From NCBI GenBank assembly GCA_963780735.1, contig CAWADB010000001.1:53205-117204 (forward strand): 64,000 nt of DNA, read 5' to 3'. The position numbers and the translations under genes were made by a program. Below are positions 19,277-29,247 of this stretch, piece after piece. The notes beneath the pieces were generated by a model. That model made no database searches. It saw only the letters and a list, made by a program, of their open reading frames with translations, and was not told the origin of the DNA. Positions within the stretch are counted from its first letter, which is position 1. Every line of letters begins with the position of its first letter. Source of the stretch: an uncultured Bacteroidales bacterium (lineage in GTDB: Bacteria > Bacteroidota > Bacteroidia > Bacteroidales > VadinHA17).

Positions 19277-20313
19277 TTTGCCAGCTCAGCTGCGGCATCA
19301 TCCAGTTCTTTTCTGTATGATGGCAGGGTGTTTTCGAAGTGCTGCACCACATCATGAATGGTTCCCTTCATCTCGCCTCCGGCTGCATTCCTGTGGCCTC
19401 CTCCGTTAAAACACTGGCGGGACAGGACATTTGCATTGAAGCTCCCTTTCGATCTGAGAGACATCTTGACAAATCCCGTGCGTTCGACGAAGAGCACTGA
19501 AAGAACGATCCCTTTCATTGTGAGCAGCACATTGGCAAATCCTTCAGTGTCGCCTTTCACATGATTGAATCTCTCCATGTCCTCTTTGGTCAGCCATATA
19601 TATGCGGTATGCAGATCAGGGTGCACCACCATTCGTGAATGAAGTGAAAAGCCCTTCAGCCTGATACGGTCAGGTGAGAAATTGCTGAATATATGATTAT
19701 GGATCTTCTCCTTGTCAATACCTTTATCAAGAAGGTGGCCCACGGTTCGCATGGTGTCGCCGGTATAATAACCATGCTCAAAATTTCCGGTGTCAGTGAT
19801 TATCCCGACATATACCGCCGTTATAAAATCACTGTCATCAAACTCACTCCCTTCCATGGCATTGACTACAAAATAGATGAGCTCCGAGGTTGAGCTTCTG
19901 CTTATGTCAGTGATTTTAAGGTCAGTGAAGTTACCCGGGTCAGGGTGATGGTCAATCATCACCTTCTTGGCCTTTGAAGCCAGAACAAGCTGTTCAGCCT
20001 TGCCCATCCGGGATGTGGAATTAAAATCAACCATTATTATAAGGTCTGCCTCATTGATCAGCTTCGTACCGGCTTCGATGTTATGATGGAAATCCACCAC
20101 TTTGTCAACATCATTCATCCACAGGAGGAACTTCTGGAGGGCATTGGGTGACAGCATTTCCGGATTTTTCCCCTGTGAGAGGATCCATCTTCTCATTGCA
20201 AGCAGTGCACCGATGGCGTCGCCGTCAGGATTGATATGGCAGATCAGGAGAATATGATTTGCCCCGTCAATAAGCTTTTTTAATTCTTTTGTATATTTAC
20301 CGAAGTCTTGCAC
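19273..20313 (-). CDS. DHH-family phosphoesterase (NrnA-like oligoribonuclease/pAp phosphatase)
   Basis: 346 aa with the DHH motifs ILLICHINPDGDAIGA, VDFN, MIDHHP and GIITDTG. The DHHA1 end is GGGHRNAAGG. Confidence 0.8.
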   Translation of the reverse strand: MQDFGKYTKELKKLIDGANHILLICHINPDGDAIGALLAMRRWILSQGKNPEMLSPNALQKFLLWMNDVDKVVDFHHNIEAGTKLINEADLIIMVDFNSTSRMGKAEQLVLASKAKKVMIDHHPDPGNFTDLKITDISRSSTSELIYFVVNAMEGSEFDDSDFITAVYVGIITDTGNFEHGYYTGDTMRTVGHLLDKGIDKEKIHNHIFSNFSPDRIRLKGFSLHSRMVVHPDLHTAYIWLTKEDMERFNHVKGDTEGFANVLLTMKGIVLSVLFVERTGFVKMSLRSKGSFNANVLSRQCFNGGGHRNAAGGEMKGTIHDVVQHFENTLPSYRKELDDAAAELAK

Positions 20314-20401
20314 GTTGCTGCTTTTTTGAAGGCGACAAAGTTAAGAAAAATTACAAGGTTATTAAAACCGAACAGTTTAACGCTACTTTAAACCTATTAT
20401 T

Positions 20402-20821
20402 ATGGTAAACGATTACACTTTCTCAATCATCAAGCCTGATGCCGTCAGCGCGGGCAACACAGGAGCCATACTTGCCATGATCAATGAAGCTGGATTTGAG
20501 ATTGCAGCGATGAGGATGCTGCACATTACCCGCCCCCAGGCGGAAGAATTCTATGCCGTACACCGTGAACGCAGCTTCTACCCTGATCTGGTGGAGTTCA
20601 TGATTTCAGGTCCTGTGGTTGTACTTGTACTCAGGCATGACAATGCCGTTGAGCAGTTCCGTACGCTGATTGGCAGCACTGACCCTGCAAAAGCTGACAA
20701 GGGTACTGTAAGGGCAAGATTTGCCACAAACGTGCAGATGAATGCCGTGCATGGCTCAGACTCTCCGGAGAATGCCGCCAGGGAAGCAAGCTTCTTCTTC
20801 TCATCAATAGAGGTTTTCTGA
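20402..20821 (+). CDS. ndk: Nucleoside-diphosphate kinase
   Basis: 139 aa: TFSIIKPDAV...GFEIAAMRM......EFY..H..R.FY..LVEFM.SGPVV..VL......R.L.G.TDP.....GT.R..F......NAVHGSDS. Confidence 0.97.
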   Translation: MVNDYTFSIIKPDAVSAGNTGAILAMINEAGFEIAAMRMLHITRPQAEEFYAVHRERSFYPDLVEFMISGPVVVLVLRHDNAVEQFRTLIGSTDPAKADKGTVRARFATNVQMNAVHGSDSPENAAREASFFFSSIEVF

Positions 20822-20881
20822 AATCAGACCATCTGCCTCAAAACAAATACTTCAAAACTTTTGTTGTGCTAAGAAAATTAC

Positions 20882-22631
20882 ATGACCGCTCATATAACTC
20901 CTGATTTTTCAGATAAAAAAACGCTCGAAAAATACTCTTCAGCTTACACTCTCTCCGATATGGAGATATTTATTTTCCCCGAGCTTTTTTACCCTCTTGT
21001 GATTGCCAACATCATGTCTCCGGTATTATGGAGATGGCGTGATGATCCGTGGTTCAAGGACATGCGTAAGAAGAACTTCATCAGCAAGTCTAACCGAATC
21101 AAGCAATATATTATTGATAATTATGTCTTTAACCTCGATCTCGAAACCTGGGGTCTGACAGAAAAGGAAAAGGAAACTGCACGGTTCAGTGATTTCTTTG
21201 ACATGGAAGTGCTGAAACAATCGAATGCACTTTTCGGTTATGAAGGAGACAAGTATTACTTCACCATAGACATACGGAGGCACTTCGGTCTCGACAAATA
21301 TGATTCCTCTGTTATACCCTACTGGAAGACAGAGACTGTAGAGGCAATGACGGCTTTCAGGCACAAGGAAAATTTCTCAACAGGTGCAGGTGAATGTGTG
21401 AGCCTCGCAGCCATTTATGCCGCTGCAATGTTTGTTGTGGGTGAGATTCCCCTGGAGAAGATCTTTATGATGGCTACTCCGCTTCATTCTCAAAATTATA
21501 TCAATGAAAAGGACGGACTGCTGACAAACAACAGGCGTATCCTGACCAAAAACATGTGGTTTAACGGCACCTCCCTCTCCGAAAGGGCAAGAAGGGCGCT
21601 CGAAAACGAAAAAGTGACAATAGTGTCTCACATTACAGGGTACATACACACAGTTTATAAAAAGGCTACAATCAACAAAAACGATTACCTGGATTTCACC
21701 GTCAGGCTGAATGACTTTGTCAGTACACACCTCACTCCTGCGGTTTTTATAAATTTCCTGAGATTCAAATCAGTATATAAATGCCTCTTTCAGTACCATG
21801 ACAGGCAGCCGGGAGGCAATTATTACATCCCTCTCGAGAAACTTTATGAATATGAGCACTCATCAAAATGGAGTGTCAATGAAGAAACCCGCGACAAGCT
21901 TCTTGCAGAGGTTGACAATGATGAATTCTTCGCTGACCCCGTCCCCGGAAAGATCATGTTTAACGAGGTGGAGAACTTCCTGAAGAAGCATAAGGATTCC
22001 GAACTCAGGGTAATTGAAACCGAATTTCTGAGTACGTTCAGCACTGAGCATACCGACTGTGTCAGCAAAATGTTCAATGACATACTGGAGTTTACTGTCA
22101 TAAAGCCGGAGCTTCCTTCACCCGACAAGGATTTCGTGAATGAGGTTTATCCGGAAATAACCATCACTGACAGCCGCGAGGATATAATAAGGAAAGTAAG
22201 GGCACTGGCAGGCAGTTCAGAAATGGCATTGCTGTCGCTGTACGCTTACCGCGATATGGGTTTCACAGACTGGAGGCCTTTCATCAAGGCGGCGATAGAA
22301 CGTAATCCCGTATGTCATTCTCACCTGGGCGGTAAATCGCCCGATGAAATCTATGACATTGTCAATAACCTGAAAAACAAATCGATATATGATGACGGCA
22401 GGATGGCACAGCCTGATGAGGTATGGAATTTCGGGCGTGGCGACGGGGCTGAGAAAGCATTCCTGATGGCAGATGCCATTATTCACAATGATCCGGCTGC
22501 CGGAATATGCTGTTACACTTGACAACGGAAGCGCTTTGCTTGATTGTTACGGCAAAACCTACAGTTTCGTGACCACCCGCGGTCACAACAGAAAAATATG
22601 GATTTGCAAAGGTGATTATTCTGTCTCCTGA
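20882..22631 (+). pseudogene. Conserved-looking hypothetical protein (~583 aa) with a transglutaminase-like Cys motif, one +1 frame break near the C-terminus
   Basis: ORF 20882..22522 ends ...IIHNDPAAGICCYT*. Shifting +1 at about 22502 gives ...NDPAA|EYAVTLDNGSALLDCYGKTYSFVTTRGHNRKIWICKGDYSVS*, which stops at 22631, abutting the next gene. The motif STGAGECVSLAAIYAAAMFVVG...PLHSQNYI resembles a transglutaminase/papain-like Cys-His core. No family name can be assigned by eye. Confidence 0.5.
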
Positions 22632-22922
22632 TCAGTGGAGCATTATTTCCCTGACGACCTCTTCACCTGCCTTAATGTTTATCTGGCTGCGCAGTGATTC
22701 ACGAAGCATCATAAGCTCGTTTTTCACCACTGCCGAAGTGAGGTAAATATGGAGCACCCCATCTTTGACATAGACCCTTTTTGTGCGTGCTGCAATAGCC
22801 TTCCCGGTGACGCCCTCCCAGATTTTAATCACTGACGCTTCCTTCAGTTTGGGTTCAAGATGATATTCCCTTATCAGATCTTCAAGGGCTTCCCTGAGAG
22901 TGATGGTTTTGTTCCTTCTCAT
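22632..22922 (-). CDS. DUF721 domain protein (recF-associated)
   Basis: 96 aa (...LGEALEDLIREY.L..KL.E..V...W..V.G..IA..T....V.DGVL.I...S.....EL...). It lies immediately downstream of recF and overlaps it by 4 nt, the standard Bacteroidota arrangement. Confidence 0.75.
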   Translation of the reverse strand: MRRNKTITLREALEDLIREYHLEPKLKEASVIKIWEGVTGKAIAARTKRVYVKDGVLHIYLTSAVVKNELMMLRESLRSQINIKAGEEVVREIMLH

Positions 22923-24040
22923 TTCTTCAGCTTGCTTCCGTTTGAAATCTCCTCTTCAATACCCGTCCGGCCGATACGGTACAATCTGAAATCTACTCCC
23001 GTATTATCAAGGATCCGGTGTATGCGCTCCTGCTGAGTGTCGGTGATGAATACCTGACCGAACTCACCTGATCCCACCAGCCTGATGATCTCTTCCACCC
23101 TGTTGTGGTCAAACTTATCAAAGATATCATCGAGCAGCAGTGCCGGTGCAAAACCGTTCATCCGGCTTATCAGTCTGTATTTTGCCAGTTTGAGTGCAAC
23201 GATGAATGATTTCTGCTGACCCTGGCTTGCGGTTGTCCTGGCAGGATGGTCATCGATCTCAAAGACCAGGTCGTCACGGTGTATGCCCAGTGTGGTGAAT
23301 TGCATCGCATGATCCCTGCTTCGCGATGAGGCAAGCCGGGCCGGATAATCTTCGCCTCCGAGGTGAGACCGGTATCTTATGCTTACCTGTTCAGCGCTTC
23401 CTGAGATCTTTTCATAGTAGGATGAAAAGAGAGGTGTAAGGTTTTCAGTAAGCGCCTGCCGGGCTTTGAAGATAATCTCGGCCTCGGGTACCATTTGCTC
23501 ATCGTAGATTGCGAGCATGCTTTCGGCGTCAGGGCCGCCCTCCCTGATGACCCTGTTGCGCTGCATAAGCGCTTTGTTGTAGCGCATGTGCGCCTCAAGG
23601 TAAGCAGGGTCATACTGGCTGATGATCCTGTTGAGGAACCGCCTTCTCTCCTCGCTCCCGCCCGTTATGAGCGTGCTGTCGGCAGGTGAAAGCATTACAA
23701 CCGGATACCTGCCCACATGGTCAGACATCCTTGGATATTCCTTTCCGTTGAGCTTGAACACCTTCTGCTTCTGCTTCTGAAAGGCGCAGAAAAGCTCATC
23801 CTGACTTCCATCTTTCTCGAACAGGCCCTTCAGGATGAAATAATCCTCTCCGTACCTGATGCTTAGTGAATCGGAATTGTTGAAGAAACTCTTTGTAAGA
23901 GACAGGTAATGCACCGCATCGAGAATATTTGTCTTCCCGACCCCGTTATTCCCCACAAAACAGTTAAACCCTGGTGAAAAATCAAGTGACACCTCTTCAT
24001 AGTTCTTGAAGTTGGTGAGCTCTATTCTGGCAAGATGCAT
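22919..24040 (-). CDS. recF: DNA replication/repair protein RecF
   Basis: 373 aa. It starts MHLARIELTNFKNYEEVSLDFSPGFNCFVGNNGVGKTNILDA (Walker A). The signature region is SQGQQKSFIVALKLA and the Walker B is LLLDDIFDKFD. Confidence 0.95.
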   Translation of the reverse strand: MHLARIELTNFKNYEEVSLDFSPGFNCFVGNNGVGKTNILDAVHYLSLTKSFFNNSDSLSIRYGEDYFILKGLFEKDGSQDELFCAFQKQKQKVFKLNGKEYPRMSDHVGRYPVVMLSPADSTLITGGSEERRRFLNRIISQYDPAYLEAHMRYNKALMQRNRVIREGGPDAESMLAIYDEQMVPEAEIIFKARQALTENLTPLFSSYYEKISGSAEQVSIRYRSHLGGEDYPARLASSRSRDHAMQFTTLGIHRDDLVFEIDDHPARTTASQGQQKSFIVALKLAKYRLISRMNGFAPALLLDDIFDKFDHNRVEEIIRLVGSGEFGQVFITDTQQERIHRILDNTGVDFRLYRIGRTGIEEEISNGSKLKK

Positions 24041-24173
24041 CTTCCTAATCCGGCTAACAAAGCTTCAAAGTTAGAAAAAGAAACGGCTGTAACAACCACG
24101 CGAGAGTTTAAGAAGCACAGCGCGGGACAGCAGTATTTTTTTATTCCTTTATTGCAGAATCAGACGAGAAATA

Positions 24174-24181
24174 CTACTTTT
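24174..24181 (+). promoter_or_regulatory. -7 promoter box (TACTTTTG) for the TPR-ribH operon
   Basis: Exact TAnnTTTG match 38 nt upstream of the ATG at 24220. A TTG lies at 24151-24153, at roughly -33 spacing. Confidence 0.45.
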
Positions 24182-24219
24182 GCGAAGTTATTTTTTGACC
24201 TGTAACTGAGAACTTTGAT

Positions 24220-24900
24220 ATGAGCAAGAAAAAAGAGACCGGAAAAGCGATAGAGAATGTTGAACAGACCCTGACCAATACCGAACAGTTCCTTGAACAG
24301 AATTATAAACCCCTTCTGTACGGACTGATAGGTGTTATTGTCATTGTGGGCCTCTTCTGGCTTTTTAAGATGTATTCCGGAAAGAAGAATGAAGAAGCAC
24401 AGAGCCAGATGTTCATGGCCGAAAAGTATTTTTCACAGGATTCTCTTAAGCTTGCACTTAACGGCGATGGCAATAACCTGGGATTCATTGACATAGCTGA
24501 TCAATACAAGTTGACCAAATCCGGAAAGCTGGCTAACTTCTACGCAGGAACATGCCTGATGCATCTCGGTCAGTTTGAAGAAGCATTGGATTATCTGAAT
24601 AAATACACACTGAAGGATGAGATCCTTGCGCCGGAGGCCAAAGGACTTATCGGTGATGCCAATGTTGAGCTGGGAGACAAGGAAGCAGGCGTAAAATATT
24701 ATCTCGAGGCTGCTGATCTGGCGGACAACTCTTTCCATACCCCTATTTACCTGATGAAGGCCGGAATTATTTACGAGAGTGAAGGCAAATACGCCGAGGC
24801 TCTTAAGCTCTACGAAAGGATTCAGGATAAATACAATGAAAGCAACGAGGGAAGGAGCATTGACAAGTACATTGCCAGGGTGAAAATGCAAATCGACTAA
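24220..24900 (+). CDS. Tetratricopeptide-repeat membrane-anchored protein (YfgM-like)
   Basis: 226 aa with one N-terminal TM helix (LLYGLIGVIVIVGLFWLF) followed by TPR-like helices. It is the usual gene upstream of ribH in Bacteroidota. Confidence 0.6.
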   Translation: MSKKKETGKAIENVEQTLTNTEQFLEQNYKPLLYGLIGVIVIVGLFWLFKMYSGKKNEEAQSQMFMAEKYFSQDSLKLALNGDGNNLGFIDIADQYKLTKSGKLANFYAGTCLMHLGQFEEALDYLNKYTLKDEILAPEAKGLIGDANVELGDKEAGVKYYLEAADLADNSFHTPIYLMKAGIIYESEGKYAEALKLYERIQDKYNESNEGRSIDKYIARVKMQID

Positions 24901-24903
24901 GCT

Positions 24904-25393
24904 TTGGGAACGCGGAATCTCTCAGACTATGATCCGTCAAAGGTCCCTGACGCAACGGGGATGCGGTTTGGCATTGTTGTGGCCGACTGGAACTCAGAGG
25001 TTACACATGCGCTGCTTGCGGGTGCTGAGACTACCCTGAAACGTCACGGTGTCAGCGAAGAAGATATAGTCGTCAGACATGTCCCCGGCACTTTTGAAAT
25101 CACTCTTGCAGCCCAGTGGCTCGCCGAGTATGACGATCTTGACGGTGTAATCTGCCTGGGTTGTGTGATACAGGGCGAGACACCCCATTTCACTTATATC
25201 TGTCAGGGTGTGACCCAGGGCATTACACATCTCAATCTTGACTATAACATTCCATTCATCTTTGGCGTGCTGACAACGGGCAACCACCTGCAGGCGACTT
25301 GAAAGAGCAGGCGGCAAACACGGTAACAAAGGCATCGAAGCTGCCATCACTGTAATACGAATGGCAGCGCTGCAACGTCAGATTGAAAAGTAA
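24904..25393 (+). pseudogene. ribH: 6,7-dimethyl-8-ribityllumazine synthase, one +1 frame break 32 codons before the stop
   Basis: ORF 24904..25302 (TTG start) reads ...MRFGIVVADWNSEVTHALLAGA...HVPGTFEI...VICLGCVIQGETPHFTYICQGVTQGI..L......[16 protein letters not shown]. Removing the base at 25297 gives ...HLQA|[31 protein letters not shown], with the stop at 25391-25393. That is the canonical RibH C-terminus. Confidence 0.9.
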
Positions 25394-25413
25394 ACAGCGC
25401 CCGTTCTCTGTCA

Positions 25414-28287
25414 CTATCTCCGGCATAACATCCTGTAAGGGCACCATGTGCATCTCTGCACGAAGGGAGTCATAACATAATCCTCATTTTCCGAAAAGAT
25501 ACGGTTGACTGTCAGAGATAGGCCTTCTGCAAATTTTTCCATGGCCTCATTCCACGCAGTGACGTCAGCGCCGGGACCGTCAAGGCCAGCGTACATTGGC
25601 ATACGGGGTAAAACCGTCCGATGTTATCTGCTGCACCCAGTAGACCGCCGGCAGCACCAGCTTACCCGGATGACTTTCACGGATGAGATGGCAGTAAAGC
25701 ATGGCCTGCAGCAGTGCATCATTTCTTTTTTCCTTCTCCTCATTGAACAGGTCGTCAGGATTTACGGCATCCTTTTTAAATGCACCCGTCTTGTAGTCCA
25801 CCACTCTGACTGCGCCACCTGTGGCATCAACCCTGTCGGCTCTTCCTCCTATCCGGATCATGATTTTCTCCGAACCGGCGGCGACACTCCGGGCAAAGCT
25901 ATCCTCCAGGTTCAGCAGCGTAAGGTCCGTCATTTCTGAGTCATATTTAAGGAGATCCGCCACATACCGCTCAAGCACATCGATGATTATGACACCTTTC
26001 CCGGCCATGAGTGTGTCGGTATCCCACCTCATCTCCTCTGATGCCGTCGAAATTACCGTGTTCCTGATCAGTTCACTGTCTGCAGACATCGTCTTTATCC
26101 GTGGGCCAATGCTTCTTATTCCCCTTAATGGTTCGTAAAGCTTCTGCAATGTCCCGTGAAGTATGTTTCCGAACCGGCGCTGGTCAATATCTTTCTCAAG
26201 CTTCTCTTCTTCGGGTATGTCGCATACATACTTGTAATAGAAGCGCATACGGCAGTTGACCCAGGTGTTTATGGCGCTGGGAGAAAGATATTTCCTGCCC
26301 TCTCCGCCGGCGGCATAAAGTGCAGAGAGAATCCTGTTATGCTCTTTCTGCTTGGGAAGCCTCTCAGCTATCATCCTGCTGCGACCGACTGTGATATGCA
26401 CTGTCCGGAACACAGGAGAGAATTGGTTGCTGAACTTCATCTGCACCAGGTAGCGGCTCATTTCACCCGAGACCAGTCCCTTAGCCGTGGAATTGTAAAG
26501 GAACCATCCCTGAACCGGTTTCCGGAGAAGCCTGAAGAAGTGATATGAATAAATTGATTCATGCTCATTCACAGTCGGGAGACCGAAAGCTCTCCTTATA
26601 TTGTATGGAATAAAGGTGTTGTCATAGGATGTGCCGGGGAAGATACCTTCATTCAGTGAAAGGAAAATGACGTTGCTGAACTCCAGGGCACGTGTCTCAA
26701 GCACTCCCATGACCTGTATGCCTCTCAGCGGCTCACCGGAGAAGGGTACCTTCAGCTTTCTGAAAACCCTGTCCAGGAATCTGATACAGGTATCTGTTTT
26801 AAGTATCAAGATTATATGAGTGCATCAGGTTGGCCAGCATACCTGTCGAGGACATCGCCATCCTGAGGTACTCACGGTCGATGCTCATCCCTTTTCCGTT
26901 ATCCTGCATCTCAAACGTGGCGGTCTCGATCATCTCCATGACCGTCCACCAGGTGATCAGGCAGGGCAGCGCCGTCAGCAGGCACTGTGAAGAGTTTCTT
27001 CAGAGGAAGTCGCGAAATGAGAAAGTCCTCATCCACCCTTATCATATTGCCTGATATGATCTCTGCGACCACTTTCTCACCTTCGTTTCCGGAGAGGAGG
27101 ACAAAGTACTGATGTCTCAGCAGCGTAATCACCTCCTCACTTCTGAAAGTGGTCTTTCCGTTTGAAACCCTTGCTGAACGGATGAGAGCCATGAGCTGCT
27201 TAAGAAATGAATAGAGTGAAGTAAACCGGAAAGGATGGCCCATGGTGACATTAACCTCCTCCATCGACTGCGGAAGTGATGTCAGAACCGGCAGCAGCAG
27301 CTTTTCATCGGCCAGGATGATCGCAGTGTCTGTAAGATCGGCAGTTGCTTCCAGACCCGCTCCATCAATGATCTGACCCAGCATCCTGGCCTGGGCAGTA
27401 TCAGAAGGGGTGTCGATAACAGTCCACCGTCCGGCTGGCGAAGGAGTAGTGTCATCCGTGTTCTTTCCCAGATCGTTGCCAAACATCCCCAGGTTTTCCT
27501 TCATGAAGAAGGCAGCCTTATGCTCACTGTCGTTCATGAAGAAATGAGCATCATCCCAGTAGAACTTTGCCTGGCCTTTGCCTCTCAGGTACTTAAAGAG
27601 AACCTTCTCGCAGTTGTTCAGGGCATTAAGGCCAACGATATGCCATGTAAAACCCTCATTGACATGCAGGCTGCCATTTATTGCTTTCTCTGCCACCTCG
27701 CGGCAGAGCATGCCCTCACCTGCCTGACCGCGCTTCTTCATTGAAGCATTGAAATCCTTATAGAGAGGTGCGAGCTTTTGCCAGACCGACTGAAATTTCG
27801 ACCTGGTATTGCTCTCCTCAGATGAACCGGGATTGAATGAAGTCCAGAAGCCTCTTATAATCTCAGTCTGCTCATCGGTCAGTCCGCCGAATTTTGCGTC
27901 TATCTCCTTCAGGTCGGAAATATTTGTATAGAGCTTTTCCGCATCAGCAAGGTAAAGGTCAATGTCATTAAAGTCCCTGATGATGACTTCGCCCCATGAC
28001 CAGAAGTCGTCGAAGCTCATCTCAACCGTGAATTTCTGTTTGTATATGCTGTACAGCTCAAAGATCAGGGTCTCTGTATCTGCCGGTCTGAGATCAGTGA
28101 ATGAATGGAACAACTCGTTGACTGTCATCATCATTGGCGACCACTGAGGTTTATCGCTCAGCCGCGCCAGGAACCGTGACAGATACAGGCCAGCCCTGCG
28201 GCTGGGCAGAACGACTATCTGCCTGTCCATTTCATTACCGTGGTTCTCACGGAGCCTGTATGCCACTTTCCCGAGGAAATCCATCAT
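25414..28287 (-). pseudogene. AddB-like PD-(D/E)XK nuclease family protein (~955 aa), three +1 frame breaks
   Basis: Fragments 26911..28287, an unlisted ~46-codon piece (WWTVMEMIETATFEMQDNGKGMSIDREYLRMAMSSTGMLANLMHSYN), 25580..26809 and 25414..25602 are collinear. Extra bases sit at about 26952, 26810 and 25603. The nuclease end reads ...GGRADRVD....VRVVDYKTG...ALLQAMLY...CTWCPYRMLCRR, a PD-(D/E)XK motif plus a Cys cluster as in AddB. Confidence 0.7.
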
Positions 28288-28290
28288 TCG

Positions 28291-29247
28291 TTATTTATTA
28301 AACAGCCTTCCCTGCCATGTATCCTTAGTCTCAAGCAATGATTCGAAGAGGCTGAAGATCTCATTGCTGCGCTTATGCCAGTCACGTGGATCATCGAGCA
28401 GCGCGGGGGGAGCTTCACCGCTGATACGGTCTATCATCAGCGACGGACTGAGTCGCTCGCAGAATGCAATGACAAGCTCAAGATATTCTTCAAGTGTATA
28501 CAGATCAAAGCGTTCCGGATTACTCCTGTACTCCCGGGCCATGAGTGTTCCTTTTACAAGCTGAAGCTGGTGTATCTTGAGTGAGCTGAGCGGCAGGGCT
28601 GAAATCGTTGCTGCGCTGTCAATAATCTGTGTGCGGCTCTCGCCCGGCAGGCCAAAGATCAGATGAGCGCCGGTGTAAATGCCTTTCTCAGCGGTCTCAG
28701 TCACAGCCCTGACCGCTGATGCGAAGTCGTGACCCCTGTTTATGTGCCTCAGAACGTCATCATTTGTTGACTCGATTCCGTACTCGACAATGACAAAATA
28801 GTCGCGTGACAGCTCGGCCAGGTAATCAAGCATATCGCCGGAGATGCAGTCAGGCCTGGTGCCGATGACGATACCGAGTACGCCGGGGTAGCTCAGCGCC
28901 TCATCATATAAGGCTTTCAGCCGTTCCATAGCTGCATAGGTATTTGTATAAGCCTGGAAGTAAGCAAGAAAGTTTTCAGCGCGCCGGTACCGCCTTTGAT
29001 GGAACGAAATCCCCCTTTCTATCTGCTCAGTCACGCTGATGTCTGCAGTGCAGTAGGCGGGAATGAAAGCCTCATTATTGCAATATGTGCAACCCCCTGA
29101 TCCCAGTGTACCGTCGCGGTTGGGGCATGTGAAGCCGGCATTGATGCTTACCTTCTGGACCCTCTTTCCGAAGAGTGTGCTGAACCAGTCGGCGTACGAA
29201 TTGTACCTCCTGTTTGTTCCCCAGCCGTATGTTGCTTTTCCGGTCAT
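28291..29247 (-). CDS. TIGR01212-family radical SAM protein (YhcC-like)
   Basis: 318 aa, intact. Motifs are INAGFTCPNRDGTLGSGGCTYCNN (the atypical radical-SAM Cys cluster of this family) and VIVEYGIES......INRGH. It overlaps the upstream helicase stop by 4 nt and ends 3 nt before the AddB-like start. Confidence 0.85.
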   Translation of the reverse strand: MTGKATYGWGTNRRYNSYADWFSTLFGKRVQKVSINAGFTCPNRDGTLGSGGCTYCNNEAFIPAYCTADISVTEQIERGISFHQRRYRRAENFLAYFQAYTNTYAAMERLKALYDEALSYPGVLGIVIGTRPDCISGDMLDYLAELSRDYFVIVEYGIESTNDDVLRHINRGHDFASAVRAVTETAEKGIYTGAHLIFGLPGESRTQIIDSAATISALPLSSLKIHQLQLVKGTLMAREYRSNPERFDLYTLEEYLELVIAFCERLSPSLMIDRISGEAPPALLDDPRDWHKRSNEIFSLFESLLETKDTWQGRLFNK

